Positions 26,700 to 38,280 of a DNA stretch of 64,000 nucleotides are shown one piece after another. Source of the stretch: Piromyces finnis finn (taxonomy: Eukaryota; Fungi; Neocallimastigomycota); assembly GCA_002104945.1 (NCBI GenBank), contig MCFH01000022.1:496001-560000 (forward strand). Reading direction: 5' to 3'. The notes beneath the pieces were generated by a model. The model did not search any database, was not told the DNA's origin, and saw nothing but the letters and a program-made list of their open reading frames with translations. The position numbers and the translations under genes are program-made. The number at the start of each line of letters is the position of its first letter. Positions within the stretch are counted from its first letter, which is position 1.

Positions 26700-27396
26700 A
26701 TTTAATTAAATTACTATTTAAATTAGAATTATTATCTTTACTATTGCTATCACTACTAATATTATATTATTACTATTGGTACTATTACTATTGTTACTAT
26801 TACTATTGTTACTACTATTATAAATATCAGTAGAGATAGCAATAACATTAATAGTAATAATAACAATAGTAATAATAACAATAGTAGTAATAGAAATAAT
26901 AATATTAGTAATGATAGCAATAGTGAAGATAATAATTCTAATTTAGATAGTAATTTAGTTAATGATAGTAATAGTTCTAATAATCCGGTGAATATTAATG
27001 TGTATGATTATTCTAGTGTGTGCAGTAAAATATTTAAATTCCTTCTTGGGGGAAGAAGTTTTAACAATATCAATTATAATTCAAGGGAATGGAAAGAACT
27101 TTGCAAGTGTCAGATTCAATCTGGTACTAATGAAGGAACACCATTCTTGACGGTAACGGTGTCCCATTGGAAGTCAAATACAATTATTATACCTTAGTAT
27201 AATAGTGGCTTTCTTACTTTAATTAAAATTACTAGAATACATTATACCCAATTTTTATTCATTTGTGTTTATTTAAACATATTTTTTTTATTTTTATTTT
27301 TATTTTTAATTTTTTACATGTATTATAATTTTAATTAAATTAATAATAAAGTTTAAAATATTTGATGCCGTTAAAAAAAAAAAAAAAAAAAAAAAA
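26700..27396 (+). mobile_element. LINE family B 3' end with A-tail and 5' inverted segment
   Basis: Encodes VNINVYDYSSVCSKIFKFLLGGRSFNNINYNSREWKELCKCQ. Shares its 3' UTR with 12210-12400 (inverted). A-run of about 23 nt at 27373-27396. Confidence 0.72.
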
Positions 27397-28500
27397 TTGA
27401 TAGGACTGTTGGAATGACGATGACTGAAAAAATTTAATAGCTGGACTATGGGATTGTAATTGTTTAATACAGATATCTCTAAATGTTGGACAATCTAATA
27501 ACACCAATGCTTAATACTTTGAACACCACTCTTGCAACATGGACAGTAATTAGGAACAAACTGGATCAACAAATTTAGCAGCTTTGGCAACTCTAGCATC
27601 CAACTTGTATCCGCTTCTTGCTTTCAATAGTCAGTAGAAACCATAGGCAAACTCTAGGTACTCATAACATAATTTAATAAAATCTTTAGTTTCAATAAAT
27701 TTATTATCATCATAGTATTGAGCTTTGATTGAATTTCTTATGAGATCTTTCCAATAAAAGTTTTTATCTGCTTTAATATCACCATGCTTTTTTTAATTTC
27801 TTATGAGATCTTTCCAATAAAAGTTTTTATCTGCTTTAGTATCACCATGCTTTTTTTAATTTCTTATGAGATCTTTCCAATAAAAGTTTTTAACTGCTTT
27901 AACATCTCCATGTTTCTTTAGTTTTTTATCAAGTGTCCTACTTGATTTGCACCATGTATATTTTCTAAATTTAGGAATGTAATAGACAAGGTGTGAAATG
28001 ATACAATTTGAGTTTTTCCACTTGTTAAAATATCTAACCTGAGCTAATGCGCTTTTGGCTGATAATAGAGGAATATTCAAATCTTTTGAGATAGAGTATA
28101 GAGATATAAACGATACAGCTTTATGAACCCCTTCAACCCATTGTATTCCTTTGTTAACCTACTTCTGAACAATCCTAGACCTAGCTTTGTTGGATCCAAA
28201 TAATGGTGCAAAGTATGAAACTCTGCTAATCACTTGTGAGTTAAGTACTAGCTTTTTAAAAGGAATAGGAACATTAGGATTTCTTTAGAATTTACTGACT
28301 GAAAAAAGTCCTTTCAAAACCTTTGTTATTAAGAGCTTTAATAACTGGTTTAAAGGACAAATTCTTATCAAATCAATACTAAAAAAAGGTTTATAACTTT
28401 AAAATCATCAAGACTAAAAAGACAAGCTAATAAAGTCAGTAGTAAAATTCCAATACAACAAATAGAGATCAATAATTAATAGGAGATAATTTTATCCTCT
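27397..28500 (-). mobile_element. Degenerate non-LTR retrotransposon ORF2 fragment (post-RT region plus CCHC zinc knuckle)
   Basis: Minus strand, across stops and frameshifts, reads ...AQVRYFNKWKNSNCIISHL...KARSGYKLDARVAKAAKFVDP..YCPCCKSGVQSIKHW..DCPTF. Homologous to the 42614-43225 ORF (QVKCFVKWRKSNCIIKDL). Confidence 0.75.
27738..27900. repeat. About 62-bp tandem triplication inside the LINE fragment
   Basis: cttatgagatctttccaataaaagttttta.ctgcttta occurs three times (about 27738, 27800, 27863). Confidence 0.9.
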
Positions 28501-30515
28501 GTTAATATTTAATTTTTGGAATCCCATGATTAAAAAATAATGTTTTTCTTTAATTGATATGATTAACCTAATACCCTTTTTTTTTTTTTTTTTTATTTAT
28601 TTATTAGATAAGGATATACTTTACAAAGGCATTATTTGAAAATTTTAACTAATTCTATAATTTAAAGGAATTATATAAGAAAGTAAAAAAAAAATTATCA
28701 TTATAATAAAGTATTTCATTTATTCAAAAGTAAAAACTATCCAAAAAAAAAAAAAAGACAATAATTTAAAATAAAACACCTAGATCAATCATTTAATAAC
28801 GATAAATCTGGTATAACACAACAAACACACACCATCTTACTTTATAATACTTTTACAAAAAAAAAAAAAAAAAAGAATGAAGGACGTTAATTACGATTCA
28901 GAAAAAATAAAAATTTCACAGAAAAAAAAAATTAAAAAAAGAATTGCCTTTTTTTTTTTTTTGTGTTCAAAAATTTAGATTTGTTCAGCCTCCAAAAAAA
29001 AAAAAAAAAAAATACATTTTGTGGAAAGAAGTTTTTTTTTTTTTTTTTTCATTTTTATTTAGAGAATTTTTTTTTTACTTTTTTTTTTATTTTACCTTCA
29101 ACATTTTGTTGGTGGTGGTGGTGGTGATTTTTTTTTTTTTTTCAACACCTTTTCTATAGTTTTTTTATTTTTTTTTTTTTTTTATCTTTACAAAATATTT
29201 TAAAAAACAAAAAGAGAATAAGGAAGAAGAAAAGAACAAATAAAAAAAAATTTTTTTTTTATTTTATTTTACAGTTTTTCTTTTTAAAAAATGTTTACAT
29301 TGTGTTTTTTTACTTTTTCTTTTTTTTTTTTTTTGTTCTTTTCTTTTTATCTTCCCATTTCCTTTTTTTCTTTTCAAATAATTTTATTTTATACCTTTTT
29401 TTTTTTTTAAAAAAAACTGTTTGTATTAAAAATTAAAATATATAATAAAATTATTATTTTTTTTTTTTTAAATATTAATAAAAAATATCTTTTGGTTTGT
29501 TTGTTTCTTTCTTAAAAAATTTTAACATTAAAAATTTTATAATTACCAAGTTTTTTAACTTTTTTTTTTTTTTTTGATTTTATATTTATTATTATTATTA
29601 TTGTTGTTGTTGTTGTTGTTATTATTAGATATGAATAAAAAAATAAAATAGTTTTTTTTTTTAACATACTATAGAGAATAATAAAATAATAAAAATAAAA
29701 AAAAAAAATATTTACTTTTGAAAATATTAAAAAAACTAATGCTATATTTTCTTTCTAATGAAAAAAAAAAAACTTATTAGTGTTTGTTATGTATAAAAAA
29801 TAGTATGATGATTAATTATATAATATATAATATATAAAAATATTTACATCTATATATTATTTTTTTTTACTTTTAAAAAAAAAAAAGATATTAAATAGGA
29901 TATTTATTTATAATATTTTTTTTGTTTGAAATGAAATGAATGAAAATTGAAAAAAAAAATAAAATACTACTTTAAAAAAAAAACAAGTTGAAAAAAAAAA
30001 GGCTAATTTTGAAAAAATGTTGTCATCCTTTTTCTTTTTTGCTCATTTTTCTTGATTCCCTTTATCTATACTTTTTCTTTTTCATCCTTTTCTCCTTTTT
30101 ATACAAATGCTGTTGAAGTTGTGTGTTTAAATGTGGTTGAAAAATGAAAGTGTTGATTAAAAATATTATAAATGACTAGATTAAAAATTAATATTAAAAA
30201 TATTTTAAAAATAATAAGATATTTTTTATTATATAATAGATTTTATTAATTTTATAAACTATGTTTTTTTGCTTTGGTTTTTGTGTTTCTTTTTTTTTTA
30301 TTATTATTATTGGATTATGGCTTTTTCTTTTTTTTTTAACAAGAAATTTATGACATTTTGCATTTTAATAGCTTTTTTTATTCGTTTATAAATGTAAAAA
30401 GTGTGGTTGTGTGTGTGTCTATTAAAAGTATGATGTTATTGTTTATTGGTTACTTTTTTTAAAAAAAAAAACTAAAAAAAAAGTAAATTGTCAATATATT
30501 TCAATATAAATCAAC

Positions 30516-33500
30516 TTATTGTTTGGCCATCTTTCTTTGTTGTTTCTTTAACTTATATTCCTTCTTCTTCTTAGCAAATTCAGTCAATTCATGCTTAAAC
30601 TTTTCTTCATCTTCTAATTCTTTTTTACCAGCTTCTTCTCTAGCTTGGTAAACACGAATTAATCTTGGAACATATCTACCATTCTTATTTGGTTCACGTT
30701 CTTCACCTAAACAATTGACTGGGAAAGTACCATCAACCTTGGTGGCAGTGTTAATACCATAGGCCCAACCATCTTCAAATACTTGCTTTACTTCAACTAA
30801 ATCTCCCAAGTTTAATTTAACTTCATCTGGAAGTTGAGGGGTATGTTCAACAACAACTTCAAATACCTTCTTTTCAAAAACTGGACCACTCCATTCTTCA
30901 GTAATACTGTGATTACTCTTGATACTACTAGCAATAGATGGTTTACGAACTAAACATCCTTCAGCTACAGCCTTAATAGATTGAATGGATTCCTTTCTAC
31001 CTAAGCTTTGTTTATTACCTTGACTAATAGATTGCTTTCTTGGTCTTGGAATGTTTTTGGTTTCATCATTAATTTCACTTTCAAGCTTTGCAATTTCAGC
31101 AGCTACTGCAGCCTTTAATTCAAGAGAAAGGCGCTTTGATGAGGAACGCTTTGGAAGAGAACGCTTTTCAAATTTCTTGGATTCAGTTGGAGAAGTGGTT
31201 TCAATGGAACGATTGTTTTCCATTGGAAGACTTTCATCTTCTTCAATAATAGATGGTAAAGCTTCACTGAATTCATCTACATCACGTTCCTTATTTGATG
31301 GAATACTGATTTTTGGCTTTTCTTCAACAATGGTTTCTTCAACAACTTCTCTATTTCCACCAATTAACTTCATCATATCCATTAATTCACCAAGATCAGT
31401 CTTACTATCATTATTGTTACCTGGAATAGCATATTTAACAATCTTATTAATGATGAATGGAGCCATCTTCATGTATGGATTGCTTCCACCAGTAAGAGCA
31501 GAGGTGATATCTGAAATACCTCTAGTATTGTCATCTGGTACTTCAACACCGTTCTTGAGAATGGTTCTCTTAATGGTCTTTTGAGCTCCATCTTCAATTT
31601 CATATTCTTCAATAATTTCTTCAGTTTCCTCACCTTCAAATGGAGCAAGTTTAGTTTCAATATCTTCGGTAATTTGAACACCATTTCTGTAGACAGTTCT
31701 CTTAGCACTCTTTGGATCAGCACCTTCTTCAACCATTTCATATTCTTCAATAATTTCTTCATATTCTTCTTCTGGCTTTGGAACTTCAACTTCACGTTGA
31801 GTTTCTTCTTGTGGCTTTGGAGCTTCAACTACACGTTGTTCAGCTTCTTCTGGAGCTTCACGAGTAATACCATTAAACATAGTCATTAATTCACCAAGAT
31901 CATTTTCACTGTTATTGTCGGAACCTGGAATAGCATACTTAACAATCTTCTTAATGATGTATGGAGCCATCTTCATGTATGGGTTGGAACCTTGACCAAT
32001 AGCAGCGGAAACAAGAGAGGAGGTAAGATCTCTGTCAGTAGTTTCTGGTTGTTCTGGTTGTTTTTCTAATGGTTCTTCTGGTTGTGATTCTTCTGACTTT
32101 GGAACTTCAACTTCACGTTGAGTTTCTTCTTGTGGCTTTGGAACTTCAACTTCACGTTGTTCAGCTTCTTCTGAAACTTCTACTACTTCTGGAGATTCTG
32201 GAGCTTCACGAGTAATACCATTAAACATAGTCATTAATTCACCAAGATCATTTTCACTGTTATTGTCGGAACCTGGAATAGCATACTTAACAATCTTCTT
32301 AATGATGTATGGAGCCATCTTCATGTATGGGTTGGAACCTTGACCAATAGCAGCGGAAACAAGAGAGGAGGTAAGATCTCTGTCAGTAGTTTCTGGTTGT
32401 TCTGGTTGTTTTTCTAATGGTTCTTCTGGTTGTGATTCTTCTGGCTTTGGAACTTCAACTTCACGTTGTTCAGCTTCTTCTGAAACTTCTACTACTTCTG
32501 GAGATTCTGGAGCTTCACGAGTAATACCATTAAACATGGTCATTAATTCACCGAGATCATTTTCACTGTTATTGTCGGAACCTGGAATAGCATACTTAAC
32601 AATCTTCTTAATGATGTATGGAGCCATCTTCATGTATGGATTACTTCCACCTGTAAGAGCAGAGGTAATTTCAGAAATGCCTCTAGTATTGTCTTCTGGG
32701 ATTTCAACAATTTCTTCTGTTTCGAAACTTTCAGAAGGAACGGTTTTAGACTCACTTTCTTCTGTAACTGGAACACCATTTCTGTAAATAGTTTTCTTAA
32801 CATTCTTTGGATCAGCTCCAATTTCATATTCTTCAATGATTTCTTCAATTTCTTCTTCTGGTTCTTTAGATTTACTTACTAAACCTTTAACAAGAACTGG
32901 TTCCTTACCAACAGTTTCATCAGTATTTTCTTCATTTGGAACAACTACATCCTTAGTTTGAGAAACAATAACTGGATTAGCTTGAATAACAACTTCTTCT
33001 GGAACTTCTTCAATAACTTCAACTGGCTTACCATTTTTGTAAATGGTCTTATAAGTGGTAATCTTCTTGATGGTCTTTGTCTTTGGACCATTAACATTAG
33101 AAACTTCGGTAGCTGGTTCACCTGAAGCATAAGTGGTTTCAGTAATAGGTTCATTTGGAAGATCTTCGGTTTCAATAGATTCTTCAACTGGAACTCCATT
33201 CTTATAAGTAGTCTTGTAGGTAGTAACATACTTCTTAACAGAGTGTACCTTTGGACTTTTAACAATAGTTGGTTTAACAGTTCTTTCTTCAATAATTTCT
33301 TCCTTTACTGGAGTTTCAATTACAGTTGGGTTTACGAATCTTTTTTCAATGACTGGTTCTTCTTCTGGTTTCTTAATTTGAGCATCTCTTGGAAGAGAAG
33401 CTAAAACTTCTTCTGGGGTTTTACCTTCTGGAACTTCAATATTTTCAACTACTTCTTCTGGCTTACCGTTCTTATAAGTAGTCTTGTAAACAGTAATATA

Positions 33501-36113
33501 CTTCTTAATAGTCTTTTGTTTAGTTGCCTTGTTGCTTGGTACACCAAATTCTTCAGTAGAATATTCTGAAGGAATTTCACCTTGAACATCCTTTGGATTT
33601 AATGAGAATTCTTCAGTAACTGGAACTTCAACTTGCTTACCATCCTTGGTAACATAAGTAGTAATTCTCTTTTTAATACCCTTAAGTTTTGGTGATTTAA
33701 TAAGGGCAGCCTTTGGAATTTCTTCTTCAACTTCTTCTTCCTCAGCTGGAACTTGAATTGGAAGACCATTTTTAAAGATAGTCTTGTAAACAGTTTTCTT
33801 GGTGGTATTATTTGGCTTATTATTTTCATCAATTTCTCTGGTTTGAGTAGATTCACTTGGAACTGGAATGTTAGCAAGGGCAAATAATTTTTCATAATCA
33901 GCCTTTTTGGTTTCTTCAGCATTATCACCTAATGGAAGAGAGTGTCTAACAATAGTTTCAATAATAGTTGGAATCATACTCTTGTATGGATTTTCACCGC
34001 CAACAACAGCAACGTCTCTGTCTTTGTTTTCTTCTTCTCCAGTAATTGGTACTTGAACTGGTACACCGTTCTTGTAGATAGTCTTATAAATAGTCTTGGA
34101 AGTCTTCTTTGGGCTCTTACTTCTTTCAATAACGTATTCTTCAATGATTTCTTCTTTAGCTGGAACTGGGGCTGGAACTGGAGCCTTAGCGTCTCTGTTA
34201 ACTGACTTGTTCTTTGGAGTATTATGTTCAACAATGTATTCTTCAACAATTTCTTCATTATTCTTGGCTACTGGGACAGCCTTAACATTCTTTTCGTTAT
34301 TGTTCTTCTTGCTAGCTAAAGCAGCACCAACAGCAGCAACTGGAGCGGCACCAAGTAAATACTTCGATTTGTTTGGACCATATCTGGTTTCATATACAGT
34401 TTCAGTAGTTTCATATGGAGCACCGGTAGCAGCAATTGGAGCTGTGTAATTCTTTGAAGTAGTGGTGGTTATTGGAGAAGATTTAACATTATTAAGAGTT
34501 TTGGTTGGAACATTATTATTAGTCTTGTAATTTCTACTAGAAGATTCAACTGGTTCTCTATTAGCAGTTGAAGCAACAGCACCAGCAGCTAAAACAGCTG
34601 GTAATATACTTGCATCTCTTGGTTCAACAGTTTCAACTTCTTTAATAATAGATTCCATAGATGGACCAGTTTCAACAGCTGGTAAAGCAGTGGAACCAAC
34701 ATCAACATTTTTCATAGCAGCACCAGTTGCATTCTTTGGAGAAATATTGTTGGTAGAAAAAGTAGTAGCTGGTCTCTTTTCACCATAATTTCTGTTAGTA
34801 GCAGTGGTAGTAGTAGTACTAGCAGCAGCTGGAGCAGCACCAATGTTGTTCATTTCAGTAACAGTTTCAGCTGGGGCACCAATAATATCATCAACATATT
34901 TTCTCTTATATAAGAAAGCACCAGCACCTCCAATAAGAGCAAGAGCTGGTAAAAGAACGTAAAGGAAACCACCTCTCTTCTTATTCTTTACTTCTCTTGG
35001 GTTAGATTCAATTGTATCTGAAACCTTGTCTGGATTATTATTTGTTGGAGCAGTAGCTGTGACCTTGCCATCATTATCTACCTTTGCTACAGTATTACCA
35101 TTGTTATCAACTACATTACCATTACTGTCAACCTTACCAACAGTGTTTCCCTTGTTGTCAACAATGTTGCCATTATCTTCAACCTTACCAACAGTATTGC
35201 CCTTGTTGTCAACTACATTTCCATTTTTATCAATAGTAGAGTTGGAAATATCAATTGAATTACCATCTGGACCAGTTACAACACCACCTTTAGAATCTGT
35301 ATAATTAGTGCTAGAATTGGCTTCATTAACAGAATTTGAGCCATTATTAGAGTTACCATTAGCACCATTACCATTGGAGTTGTTACCATTAGCAACACCA
35401 TTACTATTAGAGCTATTATTATTGGCAGCATTATTAGCATTACCATTTGAACCATTAGCATTAGTGTTTGAGCCATTACCAGTACCAACAGCGAAAGGAA
35501 CAATTGGGGTAACATTACCATTTTTAGAAACAGTAGCTACAACGTTATTATTATTATCTATAACATTGCCATCTTTATCAACCTTAGCTACAGTATTTCC
35601 TTTATTATCAACAACATTACCATTCTTATCTACCTTGGCAATAACGTTACCTTTACTATCTACAACATTACCCTTATCATCAACATGTGTATTGGCAATA
35701 GAAGTAGATGTACCATCTGGACCAGTTACGACACCACTCTTAGAACTAGTATTACCAGTAGCAGAAGAAGCACCATTAACCTTAATTTGAGAGCCAATGA
35801 TACTACCATTGCCACTACCACTACTAGTGGATGAGGAGTTGGTAGAAGCACCAGCACCAGCTACATTACTACTATCAGTATCAGCTGGAACATTTCCTTC
35901 ATCAAAGATAAGACCTTCTTCATCACTACTGCTAGATTCATCAAAATTTTGAACAAGAGCTAATGCGATATCATCTAAAAAGATTTTGTCTGGTATAGCT
36001 AAACCATTAGATTCTGATGGAATTTTATTTCCAATACTTAATGGTTTGGTAAGTACATAGATAGAACCTAATGCTAATAAAATTAGGCAACTTATAAGAT
36101 TTAAGGAGTACAT
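30516..36113 (-). CDS. 1865-aa single-pass membrane protein: Asn/Ser/Gly-rich ectodomain with DUF3659-like repeats, TM helix, repetitive acidic cytoplasmic region, C-terminal SH3
   Basis: Single ORF with signal peptide. NGNVVDNKGNTVGKVD repeats; TM FLYVLLPALALIGGAGAFLY then KRK (about 34905-34968). SH3 pattern HTPQLPDEVKLNLGDLVEVKQVFEDGWAYG...GTFPVNCL (about 30700-30870). Confidence 0.9.
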   Translation of the reverse strand: MYSLNLISCLILLALGSIYVLTKPLSIGNKIPSESNGLAIPDKIFLDDIALALVQNFDESSSSDEEGLIFDEGNVPADTDSSNVAGAGASTNSSSTSSGSGNGSIIGSQIKVNGASSATGNTSSKSGVVTGPDGTSTSIANTHVDDKGNVVDSKGNVIAKVDKNGNVVDNKGNTVAKVDKDGNVIDNNNNVVATVSKNGNVTPIVPFAVGTGNGSNTNANGSNGNANNAANNNSSNSNGVANGNNSNGNGANGNSNNGSNSVNEANSSTNYTDSKGGVVTGPDGNSIDISNSTIDKNGNVVDNKGNTVGKVEDNGNIVDNKGNTVGKVDSNGNVVDNNGNTVAKVDNDGKVTATAPTNNNPDKVSDTIESNPREVKNKKRGGFLYVLLPALALIGGAGAFLYKRKYVDDIIGAPAETVTEMNNIGAAPAAASTTTTTATNRNYGEKRPATTFSTNNISPKNATGAAMKNVDVGSTALPAVETGPSMESIIKEVETVEPRDASILPAVLAAGAVASTANREPVESSSRNYKTNNNVPTKTLNNVKSSPITTTTSKNYTAPIAATGAPYETTETVYETRYGPNKSKYLLGAAPVAAVGAALASKKNNNEKNVKAVPVAKNNEEIVEEYIVEHNTPKNKSVNRDAKAPVPAPVPAKEEIIEEYVIERSKSPKKTSKTIYKTIYKNGVPVQVPITGEEENKDRDVAVVGGENPYKSMIPTIIETIVRHSLPLGDNAEETKKADYEKLFALANIPVPSESTQTREIDENNKPNNTTKKTVYKTIFKNGLPIQVPAEEEEVEEEIPKAALIKSPKLKGIKKRITTYVTKDGKQVEVPVTEEFSLNPKDVQGEIPSEYSTEEFGVPSNKATKQKTIKKYITVYKTTYKNGKPEEVVENIEVPEGKTPEEVLASLPRDAQIKKPEEEPVIEKRFVNPTVIETPVKEEIIEERTVKPTIVKSPKVHSVKKYVTTYKTTYKNGVPVEESIETEDLPNEPITETTYASGEPATEVSNVNGPKTKTIKKITTYKTIYKNGKPVEVIEEVPEEVVIQANPVIVSQTKDVVVPNEENTDETVGKEPVLVKGLVSKSKEPEEEIEEIIEEYEIGADPKNVKKTIYRNGVPVTEESESKTVPSESFETEEIVEIPEDNTRGISEITSALTGGSNPYMKMAPYIIKKIVKYAIPGSDNNSENDLGELMTMFNGITREAPESPEVVEVSEEAEQREVEVPKPEESQPEEPLEKQPEQPETTDRDLTSSLVSAAIGQGSNPYMKMAPYIIKKIVKYAIPGSDNNSENDLGELMTMFNGITREAPESPEVVEVSEEAEQREVEVPKPQEETQREVEVPKSEESQPEEPLEKQPEQPETTDRDLTSSLVSAAIGQGSNPYMKMAPYIIKKIVKYAIPGSDNNSENDLGELMTMFNGITREAPEEAEQRVVEAPKPQEETQREVEVPKPEEEYEEIIEEYEMVEEGADPKSAKRTVYRNGVQITEDIETKLAPFEGEETEEIIEEYEIEDGAQKTIKRTILKNGVEVPDDNTRGISDITSALTGGSNPYMKMAPFIINKIVKYAIPGNNNDSKTDLGELMDMMKLIGGNREVVEETIVEEKPKISIPSNKERDVDEFSEALPSIIEEDESLPMENNRSIETTSPTESKKFEKRSLPKRSSSKRLSLELKAAVAAEIAKLESEINDETKNIPRPRKQSISQGNKQSLGRKESIQSIKAVAEGCLVRKPSIASSIKSNHSITEEWSGPVFEKKVFEVVVEHTPQLPDEVKLNLGDLVEVKQVFEDGWAYGINTATKVDGTFPVNCLGEEREPNKNGRYVPRLIRVYQAREEAGKKELEDEEKFKHELTEFAKKKKEYKLKKQQRKMAKQ
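31380..32660 (-). repeat. Intragenic tandem repeats (GSNPYMKMAPYIIKKIVKYAIPG unit)
   Basis: Three nearly identical blocks (marker cgagtaatac at 31861, 32209, 32518; spacings 348 and 309 bp, both in frame) plus one diverged block near 31380-31500. Confidence 0.92.
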
Positions 36114-38136
36114 GAGCGTAATAGATTAATAGATATAAATTAAATAAATAGATATAAATTATGTTGATAAGATTGGCTTTTTTTAACTTTTTACTGTCTT
36201 TAATGTAAAATGTACTGTTAAAAAAACCAATAATTTAATTTTTATTTTGTTGATTAATTCGTTTATAATTTTATATATTAATGAATAATTATGATTAAAA
36301 TAAATCTATTGATAATATTTTTTGTTTATTAATTCTTTCGTTTTTATTTGTTTAATGTCTATCTGTTATTAAAAATCAATATATAATATATTAAATAAAA
36401 ATAAATATTAATACGACTATTGTTATTAAATTATATTTTTAATATATTAAAATAATTCATTATTATTTTTAATTATTTTTTTATATATAAAAAATAGATT
36501 ATACTGATAATCTAAGGTATATAATATGGTATATTAATGATAAATTTTTAATTAATTAAATTGATTATTCAATTTAGTTATAACAATGAAACTATTAAAA
36601 TAGTTATTCTTAATTTTTAAATAGAAATAATTTATTTTATAATAATAAAATAAAAAGTTGCTTAACGTCTTGATTAATCAATTTATATGTTTATTTTTTC
36701 TTAAATAAAATAAAACAATTATTTTTCAAAAATTATTGATAATAATGAATTTTTTAATTTAAAATAAAAAAAATTAATTACTTTTTTTCTTTTTATTTCA
36801 TGCGTGCGATTGTTTGTTTATTGATGTTGTAATGTTTCCATTTATTATAAATAAAATGTCGTAATAATTTATATTTTCTTTTTACTTGTTTATTTCTTAT
36901 ACGGATATTTAACAAATAATAGATAAATAAATATAAAATAAAACTTTTTCTTTCTCTAAATAATTTCTACTTTATTTTTTTTTTTAAATTCTTTTATTAC
37001 TCATTTTATATATATATATAAAACAATATTTTATATAAAGGTAAAACTTTTATTCACAAAATTCTTTTTTATTTTCTTATAATAAATTAATAATAGATTA
37101 GTTGGTGAGCTGAAATATTCAAAAATAAAAAAGAATCTTCTAACTAAAAGTTTTATATCAATAAATATATGAAGAAGTAATGTAGGTAGTAGAAGATGAT
37201 AAATAATTAATGTTATTTTAAAAAGAAAATAAAAAAAAAAAATTTAAAAAATTTTTAAAAAAAAAGAAGGAAAATGTTTTTATTTAAAAGTAGTTACCAT
37301 TTTTGTACAACATTATTTAATATTTCTATTATTGGCAGATAATTATTATTAAATAATTTAAAGTGATTCTATTGGATAATAGTTGTACATTGTACTTTAA
37401 TCATTTGTATTTTTATAGTGGTGGTGGTGCTAGTGCTGGTAGTTTATTATAGAGGATGGTTGGTGATAGTGGTTGTTTATTGCTATTGCTGTTAATGTTG
37501 GTTTTAAGCTTTTAACCAATAAAACGGCCTAAGAAATATATTAGAAACCTTTTTATTAATAAAAATTTTATGATTTATTTACACCATTTAATATAATTCT
37601 CATAAATAAAATAATGGCTTATACAGTCTTCTTCTATAGAATTTATTTTATAATAATATATTGAATAGTTTTATTTTTAATATAATTCATTCTATAAATT
37701 TAATATATTATTGATTTAATTTTTTATATTATTTATTATTAATTAATAATTATTAATTTATTTATTTCAAACTGTTATAAATAAAATTTATTAGTTGTTG
37801 AATGACAACCTGTACTACTTTATATTATTAATATATTAATTTAATATAATAATAAATAAAAATAAATTAAAAACACATTTTATAATTATTAAAGTTCGTG
37901 GCTTCGTTTACTCTTCATAATCTAAAAAAAGTAAAAAAAAAATAAAGAAACAGATGCCTCTTTTTTTTTCTTTATTCAATAATGCATTGTTGTATATTTT
38001 GATATATTGTAATATATTTATATAATATATGATAATATATTAATTCATAAATATTTGTTTTTGGAATAATTAAATTTAATTTCAGGTCTGTATACATTAT
38101 AAATACAATAATGTATAATGATTGTATTTTATATTT

Positions 38137-38280
38137 CAATGTTATAAAATAATTCATCCTAGAGATTAAAAAATAAAATGATAGTATCAAGGATAGTAGT
38201 AATAGTATTCCAATGTTATAAAATAATTCATCCTAAAGATTAAACAATGAAATGATAGTATCAATGATAGTAGTAATAGT
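38137..38280. repeat. About 73-bp tandem duplication
   Basis: caatgttataaaataattcatccta.agattaaa.aat.aaatgatagtatcaa.gatagtagtaatagta occurs twice in a row. Confidence 0.85.

Noticed and set aside
27738-27900. CRISPR-like direct repeats
   Set aside because: Units are contiguous with no unique spacers, lie inside a LINE fragment, and the context is eukaryotic with no cas genes.
28944-29159. Phe/Lys-rich 71-aa ORF (also 5188-5406, 59891-60136, 12616-12888)
   Set aside because: Translations of homopolymer or microsatellite tracts.
31051-35790. Many antisense and alternate-frame ORFs (e.g. 31051-31584, 34096-34449, 35308-35790)
   Set aside because: Shadows of the biased, repetitive codon usage of the 1865-aa gene; no independent motifs.
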